Positions 23,955 to 34,497 of a stretch of 45,519 bases of DNA are shown here, in pieces. This stretch comes from Asterionella formosa. Its lineage: Eukaryota. The stretch is from contig NKIB01014247.1 of assembly GCA_002256025.1 (NCBI GenBank), forward strand, positions 1 to 45,519. Direction: 5' to 3'. The notes beneath the pieces are model-generated. The model worked only from the letters and a program-made list of their open reading frames with translations. It did no database searches and was not told where the DNA came from. The translations under genes and the position numbers were made by a program. How positions within the stretch are numbered: the stretch's first letter is position 1; every line of letters starts with the position of its first letter.

Positions 23955-26105
23955 GATGTTCTAGCAGAGGCTTTCAAAGAAGCGAAATGTGAGCTTTTTC
24001 ATACTTTATCACTTTTATTCCCTGTGAATTGCTACCAGATACCACACCATCGGTAATTACATCATTCAATGTCCATTTTCTTTGCGGAGCTAGACGATAT
24101 CCACGCGGAACCTGTCGCCCATGGAGTACCTGGTACCAGGATCTGGTACCTGGTTGGGCTGGGACGTATACTAAGATAACTTTTTCCAGCCGCCGCCCGC
24201 CGGCTGAGTCGGCTCGTTGGACTACCGGTAAGTTACTGGGTAGCGTACATATTGTTATAATTGAGATACCGGTATCGGCAGTCATGATACCGGTACATAG
24301 ATAGCATACCGGTACATCACCAGTGAAGTTTACCCTATGTTTCGACTCAAACTATTTTAGTCAGATTTGCTTCATGGTGACAACAAAAATCAAGTACCTG
24401 GTACCAGTACATAACTAAGTGTAGACCAGGCTCTTAGCTTTCAATAGTCATACCGGTAGGTCTGCTTAATTAGTAACAAAGCTTCCTAATTCCATAGATA
24501 TGAAGTTTTTAAAGTTGATGATTATTAGCAAGCATAATATAAACAAGTCCTGAACATGCTTATCACAACGAAAGCATATGCAGCCGGACATAAAGAAATA
24601 CAGTTACCAATTGATTACTTCTACTAATGTGTGCTCTGTAAATTTATTGCATACCCTGTTGGAATTGCATACCCTGTTGGATCTGCATACTGCTGAAGGC
24701 AATACATGCCCAAGGTAGTCTCATGCCTGCGAGTATAAATGTGTTGCTTTGAGGCTGGGTGATGTGAGTAGGTTAACTGTATGAGTGGTGCCCCCAGTGC
24801 TGCAAGAAGGTAAGTAGCCACCGAGTAGGGTATTGTTAAGGCAATTCACAAACTAGCTATTGTCACGACATTTCCTTACCTACTGCCCACTCATGGGTTG
24901 GTGTAATTGTCAATTTTAGCTTGTTGCTATAGCCAATCATAGAAAATATATTTCGTGTATTTTGTATCTTCACATCGAAATTTGCAATGTGTCCAATATT
25001 GCCCATCATTAAAATGTATTTTGTATAATTCATATGTTCGCATTTCAGCAATACAGTTTGCGCCAATTGCCCCTCAGTTTGCCAGCCCTGGGATTGCCGA
25101 AATGGCAGGGGGTCTACTTAAGGAAACCATTTTATATACTCTACAGATTTGATTAAAAAATATGTAGTAGCTATTCACCTCGTTTTTTCGTTGCCTGAAA
25201 AAACTCCGGCAATTCACCTTTCACCGTGCCAATCATTGTCCATAATGACCGGTCCGAAGAGATATCAGTTCAGTGATAAAGCAGTGGCGATTCTTTGTCT
25301 AACAGATGCGGTCGGTTGTTGAATTGCTTGTGTTCTCATGGGATTCATGTGATCACATCGTCCATATTTTGTTGGACAAATGATGATATTGGTGCGTGTA
25401 TCTGATGTTGGTGGCAAGCTTTTGCTCCGGTCATGCATGTGATAATGCTTTACGGATATTCTAGTGATCTAGTCAACATGCATACATGGTACTCAAAAAA
25501 ACCATGCATGATTTAAGCTAAACTTTAATGCTTACTTTTAACACGCTATAATATTTTTGCTGTAGACTCGGTGTTATCTTTATGAGACCAGAATATTAAA
25601 TTATGTTGTTCACATGTTGATTGATTTTACATAGTATCATATGCCCGATTTTGTCCTCACAATTATAATTCTCACTCTATCCTGCCTGCCATTGCTCTAT
25701 TCGGACCTTGCAACAGGAGGCAACTTTCGGCACAAACAATCGCACCATAATAATATCCATTCTGCTGATCATCACTTACTGTTAGATGGGGTAACTGAGT
25801 TTGTTTGCCACATGAGGGACAACGGAAACAATTCCCTCACCCCCAAGCTGCTACCTAAAGCGAAGAATCAACCAGCCAGTCTGATGTTGTGAGACATCAA
25901 AAAATTCACTTGAGATGACAGTTGACAAGGATGATATTGACGATGAATCAGGTGATCTGTGGCAAGGGAATATTTATGGTGCATGAACTTGCATTGTTCC
26001 CTGTGTGTATGTACCAGCTAGCTTTACCATGTTGTTCTATGAAAGTTTCTGCATGAGACTGTATGAGTAATGAATCTCCGAAATTTTAAATCGACACACT
26101 TTGTG

Positions 26106-26193
26106 ATTTTTGACTTCTTCATCTTGGCGAATCTTGGCAGCATTTAGTCTGGAATGCTGCCAAGATTTGCTGAGAGATAAAGAAGTTGAAAAT
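26106..26193. repeat. Imperfect palindrome (foldback), about 88 bp
   Basis: gcgaatcttggcagcatt (26127-26144) pairs with aatgctgccaagatttgc (26153-26170) at 17/18. Outer arms 26106-26124 and 26175-26193 also pair with a few transitions. Confidence 0.85.
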
Positions 26194-26466
26194 TTAAATA
26201 CAGTGATTGACATCTCATTTCACTTCAGTCAATTGGCATCATGAAAACAATATTTATTAAGCTAAGAAAACACAAGACTGATTTGGATTCTTTTTGATTC
26301 TTTTTACAATGACTTTTGATTGCCCATTTTATCAACAAACATTTGAAGCACAAAAGGCTGCATGTGCTAGGTTTTTAGTTTCTTTTAATTTATGAATTGC
26401 ATATTACATAAAATGTATTGTTTTGCTGGTCATTTATTGATCAATGTTTTATCTTTTGAATATACC

Positions 26467-27746
26467 TCAATTTGTGACGTCGTTCTCCTCTGGTATGACA
26501 AGGCGCTTGCCATCCTTGTCCTTGAAGTCTATTCCTTGTAACCGGATCACTCCTGCAATCTGTTCAGGCAAGTGTTCCCATTCTTTACCCTCCAAAACAA
26601 ACGCCATGTCAACATGCAATGTCTTGGCCTGTAATACGTCAGATTGACGGAAATGTTTTGAGTTAGATAAATTTTTTTGCAAAGAACTTTTGCTCGATCT
26701 CTCGGCTCACATGGGTACTTACATATCCAAGTGAGAGTTTGGTAATTTTCCTAGCAACGGTGTCACTGTCTATATCAACAATAATTTCAAAGAAGCGATC
26801 GGTTTTGATATAAATCTGTCTCAATTTTTTCCCCAAGATAGCAGGTTTGGTCCCAACTGCCTTCTTCACCATAAAATTTCCTTCAACAATGCGAGGGATT
26901 AACTTCCGAAGAGGATGAGTAAAAATGTGAGTTTTGGTTGTCAGGGTCCGCTTCTGAGTTTGAATGTGTTTATCGTACCTTGAATGCCTGATTTCTGAAT
27001 TCGTCTGAAGCCCCGAAGAAGAATTGGTTCGCAATTCGTTCGAAGCTTGTTTTGGGGTTCTTGATATCGCTTAGACTATTGCAACCAAAGTACTGGACCA
27101 TGTGATAGCCAGGGACAAGAAGGTTCACAGCGAAAATGAACTCGGGCAATTCCTTCACGCCTGTCTCTCGCTCTCGAGCAAGAGCAAGTTGGATACGTTC
27201 CTTAGGGTGAGCACACAAACCGCCTAGAATGGGCACATGGGATTTGACCAAGTCAGCGGTCAATAAAGTGAAATACGCAGGCATCGAAGGAACTTTCGTT
27301 TTATCCTCCAGGTAGCTACCTCCACGAACGTTGAATGAAGAACCTGGAGGCTCCGTCCAAGCATCTAAACGAAGCGAGGGAGGGACACTGAGATATTTCG
27401 GTTGTGACTGCTCTATTGGAACAGTCGAAGCACGTTCCAATATTCCTTTTGGCACAGCTGGAAGGAGCGAGGCGTGCGAACGCCGCCCACCACTTGACGT
27501 GCTACGGCTCGTCAAATGTGCACTACGAGGCACCGTAATGGAAGGTCTGCCTTCGGCAAGACCGTGCGTGTCGGCACCAGGAGTCACCAGCACTGGCGAG
27601 TGGCGACGGTGGCGGCAAACAGCGCTTGGCGACGCTTCGCCGGACACTCTTCCACGCAAGGAAATTTTCTCTGGCGAATGAAGAAGTGACACTGAGTTTT
27701 CACTTCTCACAACTGGTGATAAAGGCCCTCTAACACTGCTCGACAT
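26467..27746 (-). CDS. EDR2 C-terminal domain (DUF1336) protein, 3 exons; introns 26978-26903 and 26722-26629
   Basis: WTEPPGSSFNVRGGSYLEDKTKVPS, FRNQAFK|LIPRIVEGNFMVKKAVGTKPAILGKKL, EIIVDIDS, VDMAFVLEG...LPEQIAG. Confidence 0.88.
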
Positions 27747-28744
27747 AATCAGCTAAAAGGACAATAAATAGTGTCGACAATGAGAGAGAACAGGTTGAGA
27801 AGAATTGGAGAAAAGATTTTGTCGTAATTATGCACGGGAAGCTTTTACTGGTATGATGATAACGACTGGCAAAGAAATATTACATGACCCGCAAATATTC
27901 TATCAGAAAGCAGCACCCCTCCCTCATGTAGGCTATTAATTATGTAGTACCGGTAGTGTAAGCGAAAGGCGCGTACCAAAATGTGCGTGGACAATACTGG
28001 AGCGTTTTATTTGTAGGCATCCTTCTTGCCTTTCCTGGTCCTCTCACACATAAAACAAGATTGGACAAAGGCGAAGCGAAACGTTTCTACAACGCTTTTT
28101 TCACCACCATCGCAGTATTAAAGCTGGGCGGGTCATTCAAAAATTCATAATCTGCTTGGTTTTAGTTCCAATAGTTAGATCGAAAAGACATTTTAAACCG
28201 AACAATCCCAGTTTTTGCGATTTTATGTCGAAATCGAATATTTTAATAAGACTACCGGCATATTTGTTCATTCTCGCTCACTTTTCTGTTCATTCACTCC
28301 AAGCCTGCCAGCTATATTATGCCGGTGGGTAAGAGAAATTTGACGGCTGGTACCGTTCCCTGGTACCTGGAACAAGAGTACCGGTAGTATTGACTGTAGC
28401 GCGACGGTGGAAACAAAGCGGGGCATGCTGGGCGGGGGGGGGACCATGTACTACTACTACAAGAGGAAATTGCTCCAAACAACAACCTGAAGAAAAAGCG
28501 CGCCCCTTTTCGTCCTCAAACTTCCCTTTCGTGAAATACCGGTACATTTATGATTTAAAAAAATTCTACAAATTGCTCGTTTAGTAAAATGAGAGCCTCA
28601 GCTAGTTAGTATAAAAATCTACCCGATACACATAGGACTAATTGAGCAATCCGAGAAAGGAGAAATGAAAGTGCTGATGTTGCAAAAGACGTCGCCAGTC
28701 TACTCGTAGAGAAGTCACAACACAAATTCTCCCCAGTACGACAT

Positions 28745-30210
28745 TTACCAATCGATCTCAGTCTGAGTTAACAAATAACACATTGCACAACACCATACTG
28801 CATGAACGGGTTTTGATCGCGTCAAGTTACAAAGAATACCGATAAAGCAAGCAACGCAAAGTTGCTTGTGAGCTGTAAACATGCCATAAGCATAAGGAAT
28901 GGCGGAGAACGTGCTTTCGAATTGGGGGGAGGGAAACAGGTGAGTATGCGAAAGTATACTCATCTGGTTTATTCCCACAAAAGAATGAACTTACGCGTAA
29001 ATTTGTGCAAGGTAAATGCTAAAAGTGAGCTTGGGAGGCAAAACCTTTTTGAAACGAAGTGTGTGCAAAAAGACGGCGATGCTGACCGTTCCAGCATTCA
29101 ACAAAAAGAGACCACGGATAAATCTCATGTTTTCTTCTGTTTGCTTGTTCAAGAAGACAAGAAAGTTGATGTAAAATCCCAAAAAGTATTTGGCCCAAAG
29201 GTAAAAGACTTTGACCATCAATGTCCCAACTCTGTAAAAGAGTTCATTTTCCGTAGATCGTCCAGCCATGCTACTACCAGCATTGGAGAATTGCGTAAAT
29301 GGAAACCAAGTTCGAACGAGAATGTAAGGAAAGAAAACGAACGTATACTGCAAAATCTTTCCTCCAAGATGCTGCACCACATTCTCTCGAATCAAGTCAT
29401 TGTACATGCACGAACCCGTAACGGCCAACAGAGTAAAGTACATGTTTTCGTGGACAAATATTCGCGACAAGACAGCTTTATCCGAGTAATAGCCTGCGTC
29501 TGCCAGCTCGGGGAGAACCTTGAAAGAGAAGTAAGCCGATGCTCCCTGGATGATACCTTGTTAGGCAATCAGGTGTCAGAAGGAAATCCAGCAAGAGTTT
29601 ACGCAGGGAAATAATCCACTGGAGCATCTCAAATCTTACCATTGAGCGCAATAAAATGCGGCAAATACGAATTCTTTCCATTCTCGTAGTTGGTAATAAA
29701 CTCAGTCCAAGCAGAAGCATATTGAATCAAATAAAGCAGTCCCAGGTAACGATGAATCTTGTGTCGGCGAGCTCTAGTTCCCGTCCACATACCTGCTCGC
29801 AGTGGCGACCAAATTAAGACGTAAAAAATAGAAGCACACAAAAGAGTTGTAATCAATGCAATGGCATATTCTTTGGGCTCGCGAACTTCTCCAGCAGCAG
29901 TGGCTTGCATCAAGTCCTTCAAGTAGGCCAGTTTCTCTGTGGTGGTAACATAGGAAGTGACAATGGACGATTTCCAGGCGGACAAGGTATCCAAACTGTA
30001 CACTCCGCCATAGTACTGGAATCCGATAATAATCGCAGTCAGCAGGTAAAAACTAGGAGGAATGCGATTACGATCCGCCAAGGTTTGCTGCTTCCTTGGA
30101 ACTGCAGCGATAGCGACGCCGGAATCGGAACCACTCTTTTTGGAGGGAAGGTTCACCGCTGCATCGTCGACAACATTTCCCTCGACTTTTGGGTTTGATT
30201 GAGGAGGCAT
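28745..30210 (-). CDS. Uncharacterised polytopic membrane protein, 3 exons; introns 29639-29557 and 28994-28914
   Basis: Three ORF pieces join in frame through GT-AG introns (IALNG|IIQGASAYFSFKVLP...; QIYA|TFSAIP). Multiple hydrophobic segments. Family not recognised. Confidence 0.8.
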
Positions 30211-30914
30211 CTTGTCAAATACGTTTCTTCTGAATAGCAAGAGCTACTCACTGGGTCGACTGGATTGAGACAACAGGAACCTCACTGAATGTCGACTTGC
30301 GAAGCAGGGGAGAGGCAGAAAGGTGAAAAGAAATGTAGAACGTATTATCCAGTACAAAACCAGGTATTGTTTCTACCACCATAGCATTGGATATGTTTTT
30401 ATGTATGCTCTCGTGCATGTATTATTTGTATGTACTATTTACTGTGGATATCATGCATACGGTAGGAATAGTAAAGGTGCCGTCGTTGCCAGTCGTGTGC
30501 AGGTGCCATTTTCAAGCATTACAGGTACAGGTACAATTCTACAATTCTACACAAACCACGAGATAAGATGAAAAGAAACTATCGGTATAGGCATCTGCAG
30601 CACCAGGAACCGGTACATACACCGGCATAGCTACTGTAGTATGTAAAGCACTTTGTCCTACACCATACCGGTAGTGGCTTTTGATAGGACACAAATGCGA
30701 AGGCATATCATATACCGTTAGCACAGGACGTGGTGCAAGGTACCCCTATGTATCTATTTGGCACAGCAGCTACCACCGGTATACAGTATGCTCCCTCTGG
30801 GCGAAAGGGTTGGGACGGTACCAGTACCAGGTACCAGGTACCAGGAAGGTCCAGCAGCGCACGTTTTATGCGCATCGTTTCAGTTTCTACTCAAAAACAG
30901 GGCAGGTCTTACCA

Positions 30915-31349
30915 TGTTAAAGTATTACTTTTTTGATATAGATCTATATCGTTAGACAAAGACTATAGATAGAGACGTTCGTTTCTCTTTCCGTTTCTAT
31001 ATTCTTATTGTGAGTTTACTAATCTAGTTTAAGTTGTTCTGTTTGAACAAACAAACGAACTATTCTCCAAATGCTGTTTGCATTTCTAGAAACATACAAT
31101 CATAGATAGACCCATGTCTATCTCACACTTACTGATCATAGGTTTTTCAGATCATAGGTTTTTAACCATGATCATTCATTTCAAACTATCGGTCTTCCGA
31201 AATAGCTTATATTGTCCGGCTCATTATAGTCGGAGTAACAAGGTATAATGTGTGGTTGATGAGAGCTTGGTACATCAAAGTTGACTCATTCGAATCGTTT
31301 GACTCGTTTGAGTCCGAGTCCTAACTACGTAGATGAGCTCACTTTAACA
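30915..31349 (-). repeat. Complete 435-bp copia 3' LTR
   Basis: On the minus strand it starts TGTTAAAGT (31349) directly after a purine tract GGAACAAGGAGAG (31362-31350) and ends ACTTTAACA (30915), giving 9-bp terminal inverted repeats. Confidence 0.85.
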
Positions 31350-31930
31350 CTCTCCTTGTTCCAACAATCCATCATCCCGTTTTGGATCGCGTATCCGTGC
31401 ATGTTCATAATCTTGTCCGTGACATTTTTGTTGGGACATCTGCAGGATTCTTTTCCGTATTGACGTAGTCAACCTAAATCGTTCCGTTTTCGACTTGTTC
31501 TCGTACATAGTGGTATCTTACGTCGATGTGTTTTGTACGTGCCTCGACCTGATGATTTTTCGTTGAATAAATCGCGCCGGTATTGTCCTCACCCATTAGA
31601 CTAGGCATCACGATGGTGGTTATTTCGCCAAGTAGATTCGTTGCGAAGACAGTTTCCTTTGAGCCGTTACTGAGTGCAACATATTCACACTCGGTGCTTG
31701 ATTGCGTTACGATATCCTGTCCTTTTGATATCCAGTGAATTAGGGCGCACCCTCCGATCGTGCCTAAATAACCGCTGACACTCTATCGTGTATCAGGATT
31801 AGAGGCGAAGGCCCTGTCCACGACATCTTGAATACATAGCTCGTTGGGAGCACGTAGTTTCATTCTGCATGCAAGCAATGTCCCCATGTAGACACAAATA
31901 CCCGAGTAGGCGTTCCAATGCTTGCCAGTG
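31350..31930 (-). pseudogene. Ty1/copia RT C-terminus plus RNase H remnant
   Basis: Manual translation: HWQALERLLGYL...VVDRAFASNPDTR*SVSGY...IHWISKGQDIVTQSSTECEYVALS...EDNTGAI...ARTKHIDVRYHYVRE...NPADVPTK. Two in-frame stops and two frameshifts. Confidence 0.95.
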
Positions 31931-32506
31931 TTGTTACTCCGACTATAATGAGCCGGACAATATAAGCTATTTCGGAAGACCGATAGTTTGAAATGAATGA
32001 TCATGGTTAAAAACCTATGATCAGTAAGTGTGAGATAGACATGGGTCTATCTATGATTGTATGTTTCTAGAAATGCAAACAGCATTTGGAGAATAGTTCG
32101 TTTGTTTGTTCAAACAGAACAACCTAAACTAGATTAGTAAACTCACAATAAGAATATAGAAACGGAAAGAGAAACGAACGTCTCTATCTATAGTCTTCTT
32201 TGTCTAACGATATAGATCTATCAAAAAGGTAATACTTTAACATTACCAGAGATACAAAAATTTTAAAAATGTTGCTTGGCCTAATATTTTGGATCTCCAA
32301 CATCCGGGTGGTATGTTGCTTCCAGCAACACATTTTTTGTTGCTCCAAGATGTGTATCTGTGTGTTTCGCTGCAGATACAGCATTAAGCAACACTAATCT
32401 TATAAATTTAAAATATGTCATGTAATTAAATTAATCAACAAAGACACCATTTTTATCTCTAATAGCAACAATGGAAACGAATTTTGGGAGGAGGGATCAA
32501 CAGCAA

Positions 32507-32633
32507 TTGTTGTTGTTTCTGCTGTTGTTCCTGTTGTTCCTGCTGCTGTTCCTGTTCCTGCTCCTGCTTCTGTTCCTGCTTCTGTTCCTGCTCCTGTTCC
32601 TGCTCCTGTTCCTGTTTCTGTTCCTGTTCCTGT

Positions 32634-32676
<43 letters not shown>

Positions 32677-32682
32677 GCTGTT
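32507..32682. repeat. Degenerate hexamer microsatellite (CCTGCT/CCTGTT/TCTGTT)n
   Basis: About 175 bp of period-6 repeat, open in several frames on both strands. Confidence 0.95.
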
Positions 32683-32774
32683 ACTTCTCGCCATGGCATC
32701 ATTTGATTCACATTAGTATCTAGCTACAGGAAAGGGATAGTAAATGCATGAAGCAGAGGAGACATGTTGCATGC

Positions 32775-32888
32775 ACCCACGCACACAAAATGGTAACTAT
32801 ACCCGGACCACCAGTAGCATCACATTAGTGAACCCATGCATACAATGCGAAAACTATACGTGGACCACCAGAAGCATCACTGGCATGA
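32775..32888. repeat. Diverged 57-bp tandem repeat, two copies
   Basis: aactatacccggaccaccagtagcatcac (32795) and aactatacgtggaccaccagaagcatcac (32852). Confidence 0.75.
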
Positions 32889-34497
32889 GCACCTGCTGGT
32901 ACCAGTTGAAAACTGCTTTGAACCTCTATTTTACTACGTTCGATTGATTATAGTACAACTAAACACTGACATATTCATTTCAATCATCGCAGATGCTCCA
33001 GATATTCACGAGAGGTGGAGGATTGTGATGGGACAAACAATTCAACCAGATTCCAACAGAAGATATGATTGTTTATAATGATGCATTTATCCATTATACA
33101 CACCATTCAAAGTGTCATAAAAAATACCTGAATACCATTACTTGAAATAATTTATGTTATACACCAGGGAAGACGGATTACAATGTTGCATTTTGAATAT
33201 CCGCAATCAATTGATAATGTTACCTAATTCATGAATGTGTGCATATGCAGCATCCACAACTACAGCATGTCTAAGTAGATATATCCATTAACTGTTAGGA
33301 ACTTACATGCTTACATTCCATTCTCACTTGATTTACAATTTACATGTTATTTTTTTAAATTTTCGCATGACATGATAGCTAGCATAAACTGGTATGATAT
33401 TATGGCTGTTTATCATACAGGCGATATTGGACATCTGTACTGCCTAGCCACAAATGATCGAGACCACATTCCAGTGCATGCTTTGTACGTCAAGCTAGTA
33501 AACTATTAGTGCACTAGCTTCCACTACGGCTTATTGTTGTAGCATTGGGGAGGCAGGATTAGCTTATTGTCAATGCTTGGACATTCTTACGCAAGTGATA
33601 CCTGGTACTACCGTTAGTTCAGCACCTGCTATTTCGTACACAAGACAGCCGAGTCAATGACAAATCTTGTTGCTACAGCTTCCCCCTGTGGTACCTGGTA
33701 TCAGGTAGGAGTACCAGGTACCAGGAACTGTACTAAGCGGTAGTACCAAGCAAGTTGCGGTAACTTCACTGAAACAAAAGATTTAGCTATCTTTATCCCA
33801 GATCAAATGTAAGTTTAAGCAAAATGACGGCAACATGCAGGTACCGGTACCTGGTACCAGTAGATACTTTATGCACCTGTATACCGGTGGTCAAATCCTT
33901 CCCATCCTCAAGTACGAAGGCCGATGACATACGGGTAATCCATTTCTTTTGCTTAGTGGCTGGTGCCAATACGACCTGTTACTCCTACCATGAAGGCCAG
34001 AATGTTTCCGTGCGTATGATGCTGGCCCCCCTGTTTTGGTTGTAGCTATGATACCGGTGTTTCAGTACTGGATTGTAAGTGCGTAGCTGCAGTATGATTA
34101 TCCGGCCCCTAACTTGTTGTGGTGCGCACTACATACAAAATGCGACTCTGTGGCGGTGGGCACAAGATCTATTGCCACGCAGGAGGGCATCGATAGTACG
34201 CATGGTCTGCCTGTATGTGGAGTTCCTGGTACAGACAATAAATAATTAAAGAAACACATACGTTCGTTGGTCTTCTCTCGTCGAGGGAGAAGCCTGCACG
34301 TCAATATGGAGATGGGTGCACGTCACACCAATAAGCGTTCGGAGGGCCACATCGGCAACGTAGGAACTAGTATAACTGCCACGACAACTTGCTACCCAGG
34401 CCGAAGAAAAACATGCGGATGTCATCCCTTGGCAGTATACCATGTATTATGTTATCATGGACTTTCTCACAACTTTCTTGTGTCAAATCTACTAAAC

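Larger units (their letters stand above)
30915..32242 (-). mobile_element. Rearranged Ty1/copia derivative with about 312-bp terminal inverted repeats and 6-bp flanking direct repeat (ttacca)
   Basis: Arms 30915-31241 and 31931-32242 are near-identical inverted copies. The element begins TGTTAAAGT and ends ACTTTAACA. ttacca occurs at 30909-30914 and 32243-32248. The interior is a copia pol 3' end. Confidence 0.92.

Noticed and set aside
30915..32242. Interpretation as a Ginger, Polinton or DIRS element or an ordinary MITE
   Set aside because: The interior is clearly copia RT/RNase H with a PPT, and the arms are LTR sequence. No transposase, polB or tyrosine recombinase remnant is present.
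32471..32723. Poly-Leu, Cys/Ser and Arg/Ser/Asn ORFs (metallothionein- or SR-like appearance)
   Set aside because: All are alternative readings of one hexamer microsatellite.
34267..34497. 77-codon upstream extension of the PRK ORF
   Set aside because: Begins at a TTG and would bury the signal peptide. ATG 34498 gives a canonical bipartite presequence.
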